The translations under genes and the position numbers were made by a program. Below, piece by piece: positions 44,205 through 57,012 of a DNA stretch of 64,000 nt. Numbering within the stretch: the first letter of the stretch is position 1; each line of letters begins with the position of its first letter. Source of the stretch: the human T2T-CHM13v2.0 reference genome, Homo sapiens; NCBI RefSeq assembly GCF_009914755.1, contig NC_060927.1; one strand, written 5' to 3'. The notes under the pieces were generated by a model. The model searched no databases. It was not told the origin of the DNA and saw only the letters and a list, made by a program, of their open reading frames with translations.

Positions 44205-44470
44205 TTGAGGCTCATAATCACTTTGAGGACAGATGTGTTTTAGAAATTAATAATTTGTTGTTTTTTAGAAAGGTATATGTCTATACCATTTGGTATATAA
44301 CACGTCTAGAGAAGTCTTATGACAGCACCCTGTCATCAAACATATTGATATGTCTGCAACAAAACATATATGGGATAAGCAAACACTAAATATAGTCTTA
44401 CACCAGGTTAATCTTTTGGTTTTCAAGCTTTTTGGATTTCAAAATTTCAGATCCAGAATTGTGAATCTCT
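44205..44470 (+). mobile_element. MER46C-like DNA transposon within L1ME remnants
   Basis: CAGATGTGTTTTAGAAATT...TTTTAGAAAGGTA...CAGCACCCTGTCATCAAACATATT...GCTTTTTGGATTTC. Confidence 0.7.
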
Positions 44471-45491
44471 ATTTGTACATGTGTGGAAAACTTCCAGGAG
44501 TGTCCCATTGTTCATTGTTGTGAACAAAGGTTGGAGGAGTGAGATGGCTTTGGTGGCTGAAGTATCTTTTATTCTACTTTTTATCATGCCGAATACACTT
44601 CTTTACCATGTATTATTTATGTCATTGAAATAACACAAGTTTAAAAATATTTTTTAATGTAGATATCAGTGTTTTTATTCATGTAGTCTTTGGGTATTAA
44701 CAATATGAATGGAAATCAGGGAAAATATTTTAAACAAAAAAAGTAATAGAGAAGATTTTGAATATTCATTATATAATTGCTTCTATATTTGAGTTCTTAG
44801 TAATGAAATATTCAACTTTTACTGTGTCTCTGTATGCTTTTCAAATTTTTGTCTTGTAAATACTTTTGTGGACTATAGGGTCATAGTATAAAGATAATTT
44901 TGTAAGGAGTAGGAAATTCATATCTAAAATTCAGTAAAATATATTTTTAAATTTTATGGTAAATCATATTTCCTAATGTTCCAAGAAGTTTCTTCGGTTT
45001 CCTTATAGAACATGGTCCATTCTCAGGACCTGCGGTGTACTGTTTTGTTTTGTTTTCAAGGCAAATCTGTGGGGTTTTATTTCCATGTTTTGATAACAGA
45101 ATGTCATGCTTGTGATAAATACTTGCCTGAAAGATATTTATAATGTACAAGCCCTAAAATATTTAGACATTTTTTAATTGCAATTTTCAACCTCCCTATT
45201 TCCTACCACTCTCCCCCAACAAAAATTCAGAGAGATGTATTTAACAGACACCACATTTCATGGTGAATGTTATTGGCTGTGTGGCTGAAAACTGTAATTA
45301 GCCATGCCTCACTGATTCATACATGAATCGTTTTGAGGTTTATTATTCCACTGGAATGTTAATGAACATGAATACAAAAATACTCTTGAGAGATTTTCTT
45401 TTTATCTTGGTAAAGTACATATGGTACGGGGAAAAAAAACCTTGAAAATAATTAGTGAAAAAATACTTAGTGTATATAACTAGACCCTTGA

Positions 45492-48400
45492 TTTTTTTTT
45501 TTTAATTATTATACTTTAAGTTCGGGGATACATGTGCAGAACATGCAGGTTTGTTACATAGGTATACACGTGCCATGGTGGTTTGCTGCACCCATCAGCC
45601 CATCATCAACATTAGGTAGTTCTCCTAATGCTATCCCTCCCCAGACCCCAACCCCTGACAGGCCCCTGTGTGTGATGTTCCTCTCCCTGTGTGCATGTGT
45701 TCTGATTGTTCAACTCCCACTTATGAGTGAGAACATGCGGTGTTTGGTTCTGTTCCTGTGTTAGTTTGCTGAGAATGATGGTTTCTGGAAACCATCCATG
45801 TCCCTCCAAAGGACATGAACTCATCCTTCTTTATGGCTGCAAAGTATTCCATAGTGTATATATGCCACATTTCCGTTATCCAGTCTATCATTGATGGGTG
45901 TTTGGGTTGGTTCCAAGTCTTTGCTATTGTGAACAGAGCTGCAATAAACATGTATGCATGTGACTTAATAATAGAATGATTTATAATCCTTTGGGTATAT
46001 ACCCAGGATTTGCCCATGCCTATGTCCTGAATGGTATTACCTAGGTTTTCTTCTAGGGTTTTTATGGTTTTATGTCTTTTGTATAAGATGTAAGGAAGTG
46101 GCCAGTTTATGTTTTCTGCATATGGCTAGCATATGCAGAAATGGTGCTTTCCCAACACCATTTATTAAATAGGGAATCCTTTCCCCATTGATTGTTTTTG
46201 TCAGGTTTGTCAAAGATCAAATGGTTGTAGATGTGTGGCATTATTTCTGAGGCCTGTGTTCTGTTCCATTGGTCTATATATCTGTTTTGGTACCAGTACC
46301 ATGCTGTTTTTGGTTACTGCAGCCATCTAGTCTAGTTTGAAGTCAGGTAGCCTAATGCCTCCAGCTTTGTTCTTTTTAAATAGGATTGTCTTGGCTATTG
46401 CTTCTCAGTCTTTTGGCTAAGATCAAATGTAGTATTGTCTTGGCTATACAAGCTCTTTTTTGGTTCCATATGAACTTTAAAGTAGTTTTTTCTAATTCTG
46501 TGAAGAAAGTCAATGGTAGCTTGATGGGGATAGCATTGAATCTATAAATTACCTTGGGCATTATGGCCATTTTCATGATATTGATTCTTCCTATCCACGA
46601 GCATGGAATGTTTTTCCATTTGTTTGGGTCCTCTCTTATTCCCTTGAGCAGTGGTTTGTAGTTCTCCTTGAAGAGGTCCTTCACAACCCTTGTAAGTTGT
46701 ATTCCCAGGTATTTTATTCTGTCTGTAGCAATTGTGAATGGGAGTTCACACATGATTTGGCTCTCTGTTTGTCCATTATTAGTGTATAGGAAAGCTTGTG
46801 ATTTTTGCACATTGATTTTGTATCCTGAGAATTTGCTGAAGTTGCTTATCAACTTAAGGAGATTTTGGGCTGAGACAATGGGGTTTTCTAAATATACAAT
46901 CATGTCATCTGCAAACAGAGACAATTGGACTTCCTGTCTTCCTATTTGAATATCCTTTATTTCTATCTCTTGCCTGATTGCCCTGGCCAGAACTTCCAAT
47001 ACTATGTGGAATAGGAGTGGTGAGAGAGGGCATCCTTGTCTTGTGCCGGTTTTCCAAGGGAATGCTTCCAGCTTTTGCCCATTCAGTATGATATTGGCTG
47101 TGGGTTTGTCATAAATAGCTCTTATTATTTTGAGATACATTCCGTCAACACCGAGTTTATTAAGAGTAAAATTTTTAGCATGAAGCGGTGTTGAATTTTA
47201 TCGAAGGCCTTTTCTGCATCTATTGAGATAATCGTGGTTTTTGACATTGGTTCTGTTTCTGTGAGGGATTACGTTTATTGATTTGCGTATGTTGAATCAG
47301 CCTTGCATCCCAGGGATGAAGCTGACTTCATCGTGGTGGATAAGCTCTTTGATGTGCTGCTGGATTCGGTTTGCCAGTATTTTATTGAGGATTTTCTTAT
47401 CAATGTTCATCAGGGATATTGGCCTGAAATTTTCTTTTTTTGTTGTTGTGTCTTTGCCAGGTTTTGGTATCAGAATGATGCTGGTCTCATAAAATGAGTT
47501 AGGGAGGAGTCCCTCTTTTTGTATTTATTGTTTGGAATAATTTCAGAAGGAATGGTACCAGCTCTTCTTTGTACCTCTGGTAGAATTCGGCTGTGAATCT
47601 GTCTGGTCCTGGACTTTTTTTGGTTGGTAGGCTATTAATTACTGCCTCAATTTCAGAACTTGTTATTGGTCTATTCAGGGATTTGACTTCTTCCTGGTTT
47701 AGTCTTGGGAGGGTGTATGTGTCCAGGAATTTATCCATTTCTTCTAGATTATCCAGTTTATTTGCGTAGAGGTATTTGTGGTATTCTCTGATGGTAGTTT
47801 GTATTTCTGTGGGATCAGTGGTGATATCCCCTTTATCATTTTTTATTGTGTCTATTTGATTCTTCTCTCTTTTCTTCTTTATTAGTCTAGCTAGCAGTCT
47901 ATCTATTTTGTTAATCTATTCAAAAAACCAGCTCCTGGATTCATTGATTTTTTGAAGGGTTTTCTGTGTGTCTATCTCCTTCATTTCTGCTCTGACCTTA
48001 GTTCTTTCTTGTTTTCCGCTAGCTTTTGAATTTGTTTGTTCTTGCTTCTCTAGTTCTTTTAATCGTGATGTTAGAGTGTCAATTTTCGATCTTTCCTGCT
48101 TTCTTTTGTGGGCATTTAGTGCTATAAATTTCCCTCTAAATACTGCTTTAACTGTGTCCCAGAGATTCTGGTACGTTGTGTCTTGGTTCTCATTGGTTTC
48201 AAAGAACTTGTTTATTTCTGCCTTAATTTCATTATTTACCCAGTAGTCATTCAGGAGCAGGTTGTTCAGTTTCCAAGTAGTTGTGCAGTTTTGAGTGAGT
48301 TTCTTAATCCTGCATTCTAATTTGATTGCACTGTAGTCTGAGAGACTGTTTGTTATGATTTCCGTTCTTTTGCACTTGCTGAGGAGTGCTTTACTTCCAA

Positions 48401-51400
48401 TTTTGTGGTCAATTTTAGAATAAGTGTGATGTGGTGCTGAGAAGAATGTATATTCTGTTGATTTGGGGTGGAGAGTTATGTAGATCCATATTAGGTCTGC
48501 TTTGTCCAAGCTGAGTTCAAGTCCTGAATATCCTTGTTAATTTTCTGTCTCGTTGATTTGTCTAATATTGACAGTGGGGTATTAAAGTCTCCCACTATTA
48601 TTGTGTGGGAGTCTAAGTCTCTTTGTAGGTCTCTAAGAACTTGCTTTATGAATCTGGTTCCTCCTGTATTTGGTGCATGTATATTTAGGATAGTTAGCTC
48701 TTCTTGTTGTGTTGATCCCTTTACCATTATGTAATGCCCTTCTTTGTCTTTTTTGATCTTTGTTGGTTTAAAGTCTGTTTTATCAGAGACTAGGATTGCA
48801 ACCCCTGCTTTTTTGTGTGTGTGTGCTTTCCATTTGCTTGGTAAATATTACTCCGTCCCTTTATTGTGAGCCTATATGTGTCTTTGCACGTGAGATGGGT
48901 CTCCTGAATACAGCACACCAATGGGTCTTGACCCTATGCAATTTGCCAGTCTGTGTCTTTTAACTGGAGCATTTAGCCCATTTACATTTAAGGTTAATAT
49001 TGTTATGTATTAATTTGATCCTGTCATTACGATGCTAGCTGGTTATTTTGCCCATTAGTTGATGTGGTTTCTTCATAGTGTCAATGGTCTTTACAATTTG
49101 TTATGTTTTTGCAATGGCTGATATCAGTTTTTCCTTTCCATATTTAGTGCTTCCTTCAGGAGCTCTTGTAAGGCAGGCCTGGTAGTGACAGAATCTCTCA
49201 GCATTTGCTTGTCTGTAAAGGATTTTTTTTTCTCCTTCGCTCATGAAGCATTGTTTGGCTGGATATTAAATTCTGGGTTGAAAATTATTTTAAGAATGTT
49301 GAATATTGGCCCCCACTCTCTTCTGGCTTGTAGGGTTTCTGGAGAGACATCCACTGTTAGTCCCTTTGTAGGTAACCCGACCTTTCTCTCTGGCTGCCCT
49401 TAACATTTTTTCCTTCATTTCAACCTTGATGAATCTGATGATTATGTGTCTTGGGGTTGCTCTTCTGGAGAAGTATCTTTGTGTTGTTCTCTGTATTTCC
49501 TGAATTTGAATGTTGGCCTCTCTTGCTAGGTTGGGGAAGTTCTCCTGGATAATATCCTGAAGAGTGTTTTCCAACTTGGTTCCATTCTCCCTGTCACTTT
49601 CAGGTACTCCAATCAAATGTAGGTTTGGTCTTTTCACATAGTCCCATATTTCTTGGGGGCTTTGTTCATTTCTTTTCATTCTTTTTTCTCTAATCTTGTC
49701 TTCACACTTTATTTCATTAATTTGATCTTCAGTCTCTGATATCCTTTTTTCCACTTGATTGATCCAGCTATTGATACTTGTGTATGCTTTACAAAATTTT
49801 TGTGCTGTGTTTTTCAGCTCCCTCAGGTCATTTATGTTCTTCTCTAAACTGGTTATTCTAGTTAGCGATTCCTCTAACCTTTTGTCAAGGTTCTTAGCTT
49901 CCTTGCACTGGGTTAGAACATGCTCCTTTAGCTCAGAGTAGTTTGTTATTACCCACCTTGTTATTTCCCACCTTCTGAAGCCTACTTCTTTCAATTTGTC
50001 AAACTCATTCTCTTTCCAGTTGTGTTCCCTTGCTAGCGAGGAGTTGTGATCCTTTGGAGGAGAAGAGTCATTCCAGTTTTTGGAATTTTCAGCCTTTTTG
50101 CACTAGTTTTCTCTCATCTTCATGGATTTTTCTACCTTTGGTGTTTGATGTTGGTGACCTTTGGATGGGGTTTCTGTGTGGACGTCCTTTTTGTTGATAT
50201 TGATGCTATTCCTTTCTGTTCACTCGTTTTCCTTCTAACAGTCAGCCCCCTCTGCTGCCAATCTGCTGGAGTTTGCTGGAGGTCCATTCCAGACCCTCTT
50301 TGCCTGGGTATCACCAGTGGAGGCTGCAGAACAGCAAAAATTGCTGCCTGTTCCTTCCTCTGGAAGCTTCATCCCAAAGTGGCACCCGCCAGATGCCAGC
50401 TGAAGCTCTCCTGTATGAGGTGTCTGTCGACCCCTGCTGGGAGTTGTCTCCCAGTCAGGAGGCATGGGGGTCAGGGACCCACTTGAGGAGGCAGTCTGTC
50501 CCTTAGCAGAGCTCCAGCGCTGTGCTGGGAGATCCGCTGCTCTCTTCAGGGTCAGCAGGCAGGAATGTTTAAGTCTGCTGAAGCTGCACTCACAGCCACG
50601 CCTTCCCCCAGGTGCTCTGTCCCAGGGTGATGGGAGTTTTATCTATAAGCCCCTGACTGAAGCTGCTGCCTTTCTTTCAGAGATGCCCTACCCAGAGTGG
50701 AGGAATCTAAAGAGGCAGGTGTGCTCTACCCAGTTCAAACTTTCCCAAGGCTTTGTTTACACTGTGAGGGGAAAACCACCCACTCAAGCCTCAGTAATGG
50801 CGGACACCCCTCCCCCCACCAAGCTTAAGCGTCCCAGGCCGACTTGAGACTGCTGTGCTGGCAGTGAGAATTTCAAGCCAGTGGATCTTAGCTTGCTGGG
50901 CTCCATGAGGGTGGGATCCACTGAGCTAGACCACTTGGCTCCCTGGCTTCATCCCCCTTTCCAGGGGAGTGAATGGTTCTGTCTCGCTGGTGTTCTAGGC
51001 ACCACTGGGGTATGAAAAAAATAAAAAAACTCCTGCAGCTAGCTCAGTGTCTGCCCAAATGGCTGCCCAGTTATGTGCTTGAAACCCAGGGCCCTGCTGG
51101 CACAGGCACCCGAGGGAATCTCCTGGTCTGCAGGTTGCAAAGACCATGGGAAAAGCATAGTATCTGGGCCAGAGTGCACTATTCCTCAAGGCACATTCCC
51201 TCACAGCTTCCCTTGACTAGGGGAGGGAATTCCCCAACCCCTTGCACTTCCCGGGTGAGGAGACGCCCCACCCTGCTTCATCTCACCCTCCGTGGGGTGC
51301 ATCCACTGTGTAACCAGTCCCAATGAGATGGGTACCTCAGTTGGAAATGCAGAAATTACCTGCCTTTTTCCTTGATCTTGCTGGGAGCTGCACACCAGAG

Positions 51401-51432
51401 CTGTTCCTATTCTGCCAAATTGCCCGCCTCCC
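45492..51432 (-). mobile_element. Near full-length LINE-1, L1PA7/8-like; ORF1 and ORF2 disrupted; ~0.55-kb internal deletion near 46008
   Basis: Poly-T at 45492; ORF2 fragments 46376-48727; ORF1 fragment 49290-49994; 5'UTR ending ...GCTGTTCCTATTCTGCCAAATTGCCCGCCTCCC. Confidence 0.95.
46397..46435 (+). pseudogene. 3'-truncated (tailless) U2 snRNA retropseudogene, U2 nt 1-39
   Basis: ATTGCTTCTCAGTCTTTTGGCTAAGATCAAATGTAGTAT vs U2 ATCGCTTCTCGGCCTTTTGGCTAAGATCAAGTGTAGTAT (35/39); TSD ATTGTCTTGGCT at 46385-46396 and 46434-46445. Confidence 0.92.
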
Positions 51433-52599
51433 TAATTTTTTTGAATAGTAAATAAGACTGTATAATTTACTGGAGTCTCTTCTCTACGAAGCGCACAGTG
51501 ATTTTACAAACATTAATTAATAAAGCTTCAGGATCCCTACCAGGTAAATGTTAATAAAACCCAGGAGTCCTAACTTTTTTGACCTTTGCCTCAATTTTCA
51601 GATAAGAAACTAGCTGACTAAGATGCTTCCACAGCTTTGAAAACAAAATGGGCATGAAACCAACATTCAGAGTTCAGATGTCACTTATGAGTAGCATTCT
51701 CTTATGAACCTAGTTGGAGATAGAAGTAATTTAGGGAAAATGATATTTCAGCACTGCCTTAATCTAGCAGGGATTTTCTTCATGGGAAAATTAAACCAAA
51801 CACAAACTGAAGTATGACTTAACTGGGCCTGCTTCTGCATTTAGGGTCACCAAAGCATACTGTAAATGGAAATCAGATTGCTTTAGAATCCAAGAACAAA
51901 CTCTACTTTTGACCTTTAGGAAGCTCATGATGTATATGCCCACCAAATAAACAAAATAATTTCAAAGTAAATTCGTTGAGTGCACCTGACCTTTGAAACA
52001 GAGCAGATGATGTTAATCAGATTTGTACAGCGTTAATCTAGCTCAGCCTCTGTCTCTCCATGTATTTTTAAAATATCATAAGGAAGAGTCTCACAACAGG
52101 GAATCTTTCAAATCGGAATAGATTTAGAAATGGAACAGAATGTATGACCTGGCTTCAAACAATGAAGTATATAACTCAAACATGTAAGCAAATGAATTTT
52201 ATGACTATAAACCAACATACCACACCCCTCAGGAAAAGCAACTTTTAAAAAATAATATAAGCCTGTGTTATTTTCTCAATAAAATATAGTTCAAGTTCTG
52301 ATACTGTGTTAGTTACCATTAGGTAAACTTTGAGTTGAAAATGGCCTACATATCATAAAAAGGTGTTCTGTCTGACCATTGCATCTGACTTTTGTCAAGC
52401 CATATCATTTCTGCATTTTGGACATTGAATGTTTGAGCCATGGCCTTTCCAGAATAGCCTGTTAAGTAACTTGATGGACATATGCTTCTTTTCCCAGGAT
52501 CACTTCCTTTGGATAACCAGCCCTGACCCCATTCCATAGTAATCTCTGTCAATCTTGGTGGCTCTGACCACACATTTGTTCTGGCTTAAATTGGGGAGG

Positions 52600-53025
52600 A
52601 CTATGGGGTGTGGAGGACGGTAATGGAGCAGGAGTAGTCACAGAAAACAAACTTGACCAAAGCACTCCATACTACTTGGCCACTGGTTGGTTGGGGATGG
52701 GCACATGACCCAAGCTGAGCCAGTATCCTCAGATGTTTTGTCAGAGAGATTTTTTAAAAAGCCCCTCTTTCTCTGTGATCACAAGCCATAATGATGATAC
52801 AAGTGTGGGGCTGCAGGCTATTTTGCCCACCCAGGAATTAAGTCAAAAGGGCAAGCAGAGAGGAGAAATGAGGAGAGGAACAGAGCCCAGCTGGCATTGC
52901 ATCCCAGAATCCAATTTTGCCTGAAGCTACCTCTTAGATTTGCCAGTTACATGAGCCTTTTCTTGTTTAAGTTGGTTTGAATTAGGTTTTTGCTACTGGC
53001 AGCCAAAGGAGTCCTGACTAATCCA
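52600..53025 (+). mobile_element. MaLR LTR, MLT1J/K-like
   Basis: GGGATGGGCACATGACCCAAGCTG...CAGTTACATGAGCC...GCAGCCAAAGGAGTCCTGACTAAT. Confidence 0.7.
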
Positions 53026-53184
53026 CAAAGTTCAACTGACAGATAAGCTACTCAGAATGCGACGGTGAAATGAAAGGGATAATACTCTCCCATTCTCTTG
53101 TAATTTGGAAATTCTCCGGACCTAAAGCCAGATCAGCCTCTGCTCTACCAGCACCAAAACTGTGCACGAGGCACACTGTAGTCA

Positions 53185-53475
53185 TCTAAGGAACTGGAGA
53201 TGTTAGCCTGAGAACGAGAAGACAAGATGTGCTTGCTGGGCTCAAACGTGTGAAGGTCTACTTTGTGAGAAAGGGATTGGATTCACTCTTTGGAGTTAAA
53301 AGTCAGACCAACAAGTCCTTATCACTGAGGGGAATTTTCTGTACAACATGAAGGATAACTTTTCTAACAATGAAAGCCATCCTAGCTGACATAATGTGAC
53401 CCTCAAACACTTCCTTTATTGAGTGAGAGGCTGGACAAAATGACATCTAAGATCCCACCCAACTCTGTGATTACT
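53185..53475 (+). mobile_element. L3/CR1 3' fragment
   Basis: GGAACTGGAGATGTTAGCCTG...AACTTTCTAACAAT...ATGACATCTAAGATCCC...AACTCTGTGATT. Confidence 0.6.
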
Positions 53476-53514
53476 TGATTCAATCAAAGTTTGGTCATGG
53501 TGACCGTATCTGTA

Positions 53515-53861
53515 CAGTCATGCATTGATTAAAAATGGGGATATATCCTGAGAAATGTGTCCTTATGTGATTCCATCATTGTGCAAACATCATAGAGTGC
53601 ACTTACATAAATCTAGATGGCAATGCCTTCTGCACACCTAGGTTTTGTGGTATAGTCTAATGCTTCTAGGCTGTAAACCTGTACAGCAGATGACTGTCCT
53701 GAATACTGTAGGCAACTGTAACACCATAGTAGGTATTTGTGTATCTAAACATATCTAAATATAGAAAAGGTATGGTAGAACTACAGTACTAAATAAGCTT
53801 ATAGGACCACTCAGATATGTGGTCTGTTGCTGACAAAGTGTCATTATGCAGTGCATGACTG
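53515..53861 (+). mobile_element. Tigger3a/MER7A DNA transposon
   Basis: TIRs CAGTCATGCA...TGCATGACTG with TA TSDs. Confidence 0.9.
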
Positions 53862-54869
53862 TAATTTATTATAGTCACCTCAACCATTCAGCAAATCAAA
53901 AATCAATATAAATCAATCATATATAAGGAGGCCCAGAGGAAATTAAGTGTCGGAAGAGATTTCCTAGAGGGGATGATAACTTGCACAGTTTTAAATACAA
54001 ATAGGACTTAGTTTCTATCACACATACCATGTTGAACAATGCTCTATTCAGCACTGATTCTTCAAGAAGCTATTTATCTCTACCATAGTTTCTTTAAAAA
54101 TATGCAAATACATATGTAATAATGATCTATTTCAGTGTATTATAAATTAAAATTTTCCAAATTCTTGAGTGTTTTGTAGGCATATAGCTAATAAACATTA
54201 ACAGTTTGGTGTAGTGTACCTGTAACCAGCCCTGTATACCTGTATACCAGCTGCTCTCAGCCAATGAATGGGAGTCCCCTATTACTGCATTCTACCATTC
54301 ACTACACTCTGAGTTGAGAGTGTTCTACAATACATGTTTTTGCTTATCTTTCTGCCATTATTTTGTGTACTGGCAATTTATTTTGTGTCCTCAAAAGCAG
54401 TTTTGACATGAAATGCTTAACCACAGTTATGAAAATGATACATCCATACTAGATCTACCCATAGCAAAGTGACAGCACTACATTAGACATCAAAATGCAA
54501 GTCCTATAGAGGTTCAGGGTGCCTTCAGGAAATGTTTGAGAAGACAGAATCAGGTAAATAGGGACTGAAAGATAATTTTTGGCATTATGAAGAGCAGCAT
54601 AAATACCACTGCAGGCAGGGAAAATAAACAAAAATTGTTAGAAAGCTGTTTGGAAGAAATGACTATAAGAAGACACATCATGATGTAAGGAGTTTGGAAG
54701 AAGACAGTTGTGTGGTTGCCATGTGAAGGACTGGAACACTTCTCCATGGGGACAGTGATAGGAAGACCCAGTATAATGCTGATCACAGCAGCACCCCCAT
54801 TTCCAGGAATGGAGCACTTCATCCATCTCCTGCCTTCTCTCTCAACAGACTTTGTGAGTGCTCAAACCA

Positions 54870-55230
54870 AGTGGGGAAAGACAGTCAAGAGAGAGGGAAC
54901 AGCATGTGAAAAGAAAAATTGTAAAACATGGCAGTTTAGAAACTGTAAGTGGTTTAACATTACTGGAGGAGAGAATACAGGAGAGAGGTTAACAACGAGA
55001 CTGGAACTGTAGACAAAAGCCATGTTATGAAAGAGCTGATGAAACCTTCTCTAGACCTAGGACTTAATGTGACAAGCAGTGGGGAGCAAATAATTGGCTT
55101 TAACAGGGCAAGCAATGTGATCAAGTTCGAATTTTAGAGAAAAATCTGGAAGCACTATGGAGGCTTGACTGGAGTGGGATATGACTCCAGAAAGATCAGT
55201 GAGGAGGTCATTGTTAGCAATCAGACACAT
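54870..55230 (-). mobile_element. L2 fragment
   Basis: AGAGGGAACAGCATGTGAAAAG...GCAGTGGGGAGC...GATCAGTGAGGAGG. Confidence 0.65.
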
Positions 55231-55279
55231 TTTTTTTTGGCCTATTAAATTACCATTTTTTTAAAAAAAGAAAAAGAAT

Positions 55280-55815
55280 ATCCTGGTGGTAAGCTATAAA
55301 TTGGTAAATTTGTAAAAAGCTACTTGCAATAATGTAAGTCAAGTAAGAAATTTAGAAATAATACTGAAAAAGTTTACGCCCTTTGATCCAGTAATTCTAT
55401 GTGTAGGAATCTACAGTAAAAGTACAGAGATGCAGACAAAAGTGTATGTTCAGTGATGTTCCTTCTTTCAGTCTTATTTCTGAAAAACTAGAAACCACTT
55501 TCATGTCCAATCAAAAAAGCAACAAATAAATGAAATATGTCACTGCTATTTAAAATTTTTTTTTAAATATTCACTGACATGGAAAATTGCCCAAGGATTA
55601 ATGTTAATTGAAAAAGCAGAATACAAAATTAAATATATGGTAAAACTGCCTTCTTCAGAAAGGTGTATGCATTTAAAAACTGGAAAATACAAAAATATAT
55701 ATATATATAATCAGAGCTTATCTCTAGGTGGTGAAATTGAGTGATTTTGATTTTCATCTTTTTAAGCTTTTTTTATTTTTTCATTCACTGTCATGAACAT
55801 GTACTACTTTTGCAG
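55280..55815 (+). mobile_element. L1ME-like 3' fragment
   Basis: CCCTTTGATCCAGTAATTC...GGAATCTA; AAAAAGCAGAATACAAAA. Confidence 0.6.
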
Positions 55816-55847
55816 ACAACTGTTAGGTTGAACCATTTGAAATTGCC

Positions 55848-56203
55848 TGCTGCAGACTGAATTGTGTTCCCACCTTCTCCCCAAAATGTGTATGTTGAAA
55901 CCGTAACTCCCAGTGTGATGGTATTTAAAGATGAGACCTTGGGAAATAAGTAGGTGTAGATGAGGTCATGAGGGTGGAGCATTCATGATGGGATTAGTGT
56001 TCTTATAAAAAGAGGAAGAGGTCATGTGAGCACACAGGGAGATAGCAGCCATCTACACACGGGGAAGAGAGCCCTCACCAGAACTTGACCATGCTGATGC
56101 CCTGATCTTGGACTTCCAGTCTCCAGAGCCTTGAGAAAATAAATCTCTGTTGTTTAAGCCAGTCTATGATATTTTGTTATGGCAGCCCAAGCTGACTAAT
56201 ACA
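55848..56203 (+). mobile_element. MaLR LTR, MLT1A/MSTD-like
   Basis: GAGGTCATGAGGGTGGAGC...ATGATGGGATTAGTG...GGCAGCCCAAGCTGACTAATACA. Confidence 0.85.
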
Positions 56204-56525
56204 CTGCCAAAATTGACTTCAAAAATGACAATTCCATATGAATCAGCCTACATAAAAGTGAAATAAAATAAAAAGCAACAGTCATTGAAAATGCCCTGAC
56301 AATAGATGCTAAGAGCCAGAACCAAAGCAACAGTAATAAGATAAGAATAACAAAGATGCAAATGACATTAAGTTGGTAGATTCTGTAACTTGGTGATGGA
56401 TAGGATTGATAAAACAGTACTGGTGAATAAGGAACAGCATCTAAAACATGAATCCAAAGTTTTTACACTAAGAAATCGAGGGATGGTAGAGGTACTAGTC
56501 AAGACAAGGGATAATCAGAAAAATC

Positions 56526-57012
56526 TGTTTGGTAGCTAGCCTCTGAGATGGCCTCAATAATCCCCACCTCCTGGCATTCGCAGCCTTGAATACTCCCCTT
56601 CCTGGTCTACAGGTGGTCAGTATTCTGCCTCATTTATAATACTGCCGAAGTTATGTCTCACTGCTACAGAGATGAACATTCACCCTGGGAAAAAAGCCAA
56701 CTGCTGTGTTCGGACACTTAAAGCCTATGGACAGGCCTATGTGTTGAGGAACTGAGATATCCAGCCAACAGCCAGCAAGGAACTGAGGTCTGACAACAAC
56801 CTCATGAGAGAGATTGGAAGCAGATCCTGCAGCCCCAGTCAAGCCTTTCAGTTGCTGACACCTTGACAGCAACCTCATGAGAGACGCTGAGCCACGTGAT
56901 GAGGCTAAGCTGCGCCCAGACTTCTGTCTCATAACAGCTATGAGATAATAAATGTTTGTTTTAAGCCACTATTTCGGGAGGTAATTTGTTACAGATAATT
57001 AGATAACTTCAC
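56526..57012 (+). mobile_element. MaLR LTR, MLT1F-like
   Basis: GCCTCTGAGATGGCCTCAATAATCCCCACCTCCTGG...GCCAACAGCCAGCAAGGAACTGAGG. Confidence 0.8.
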
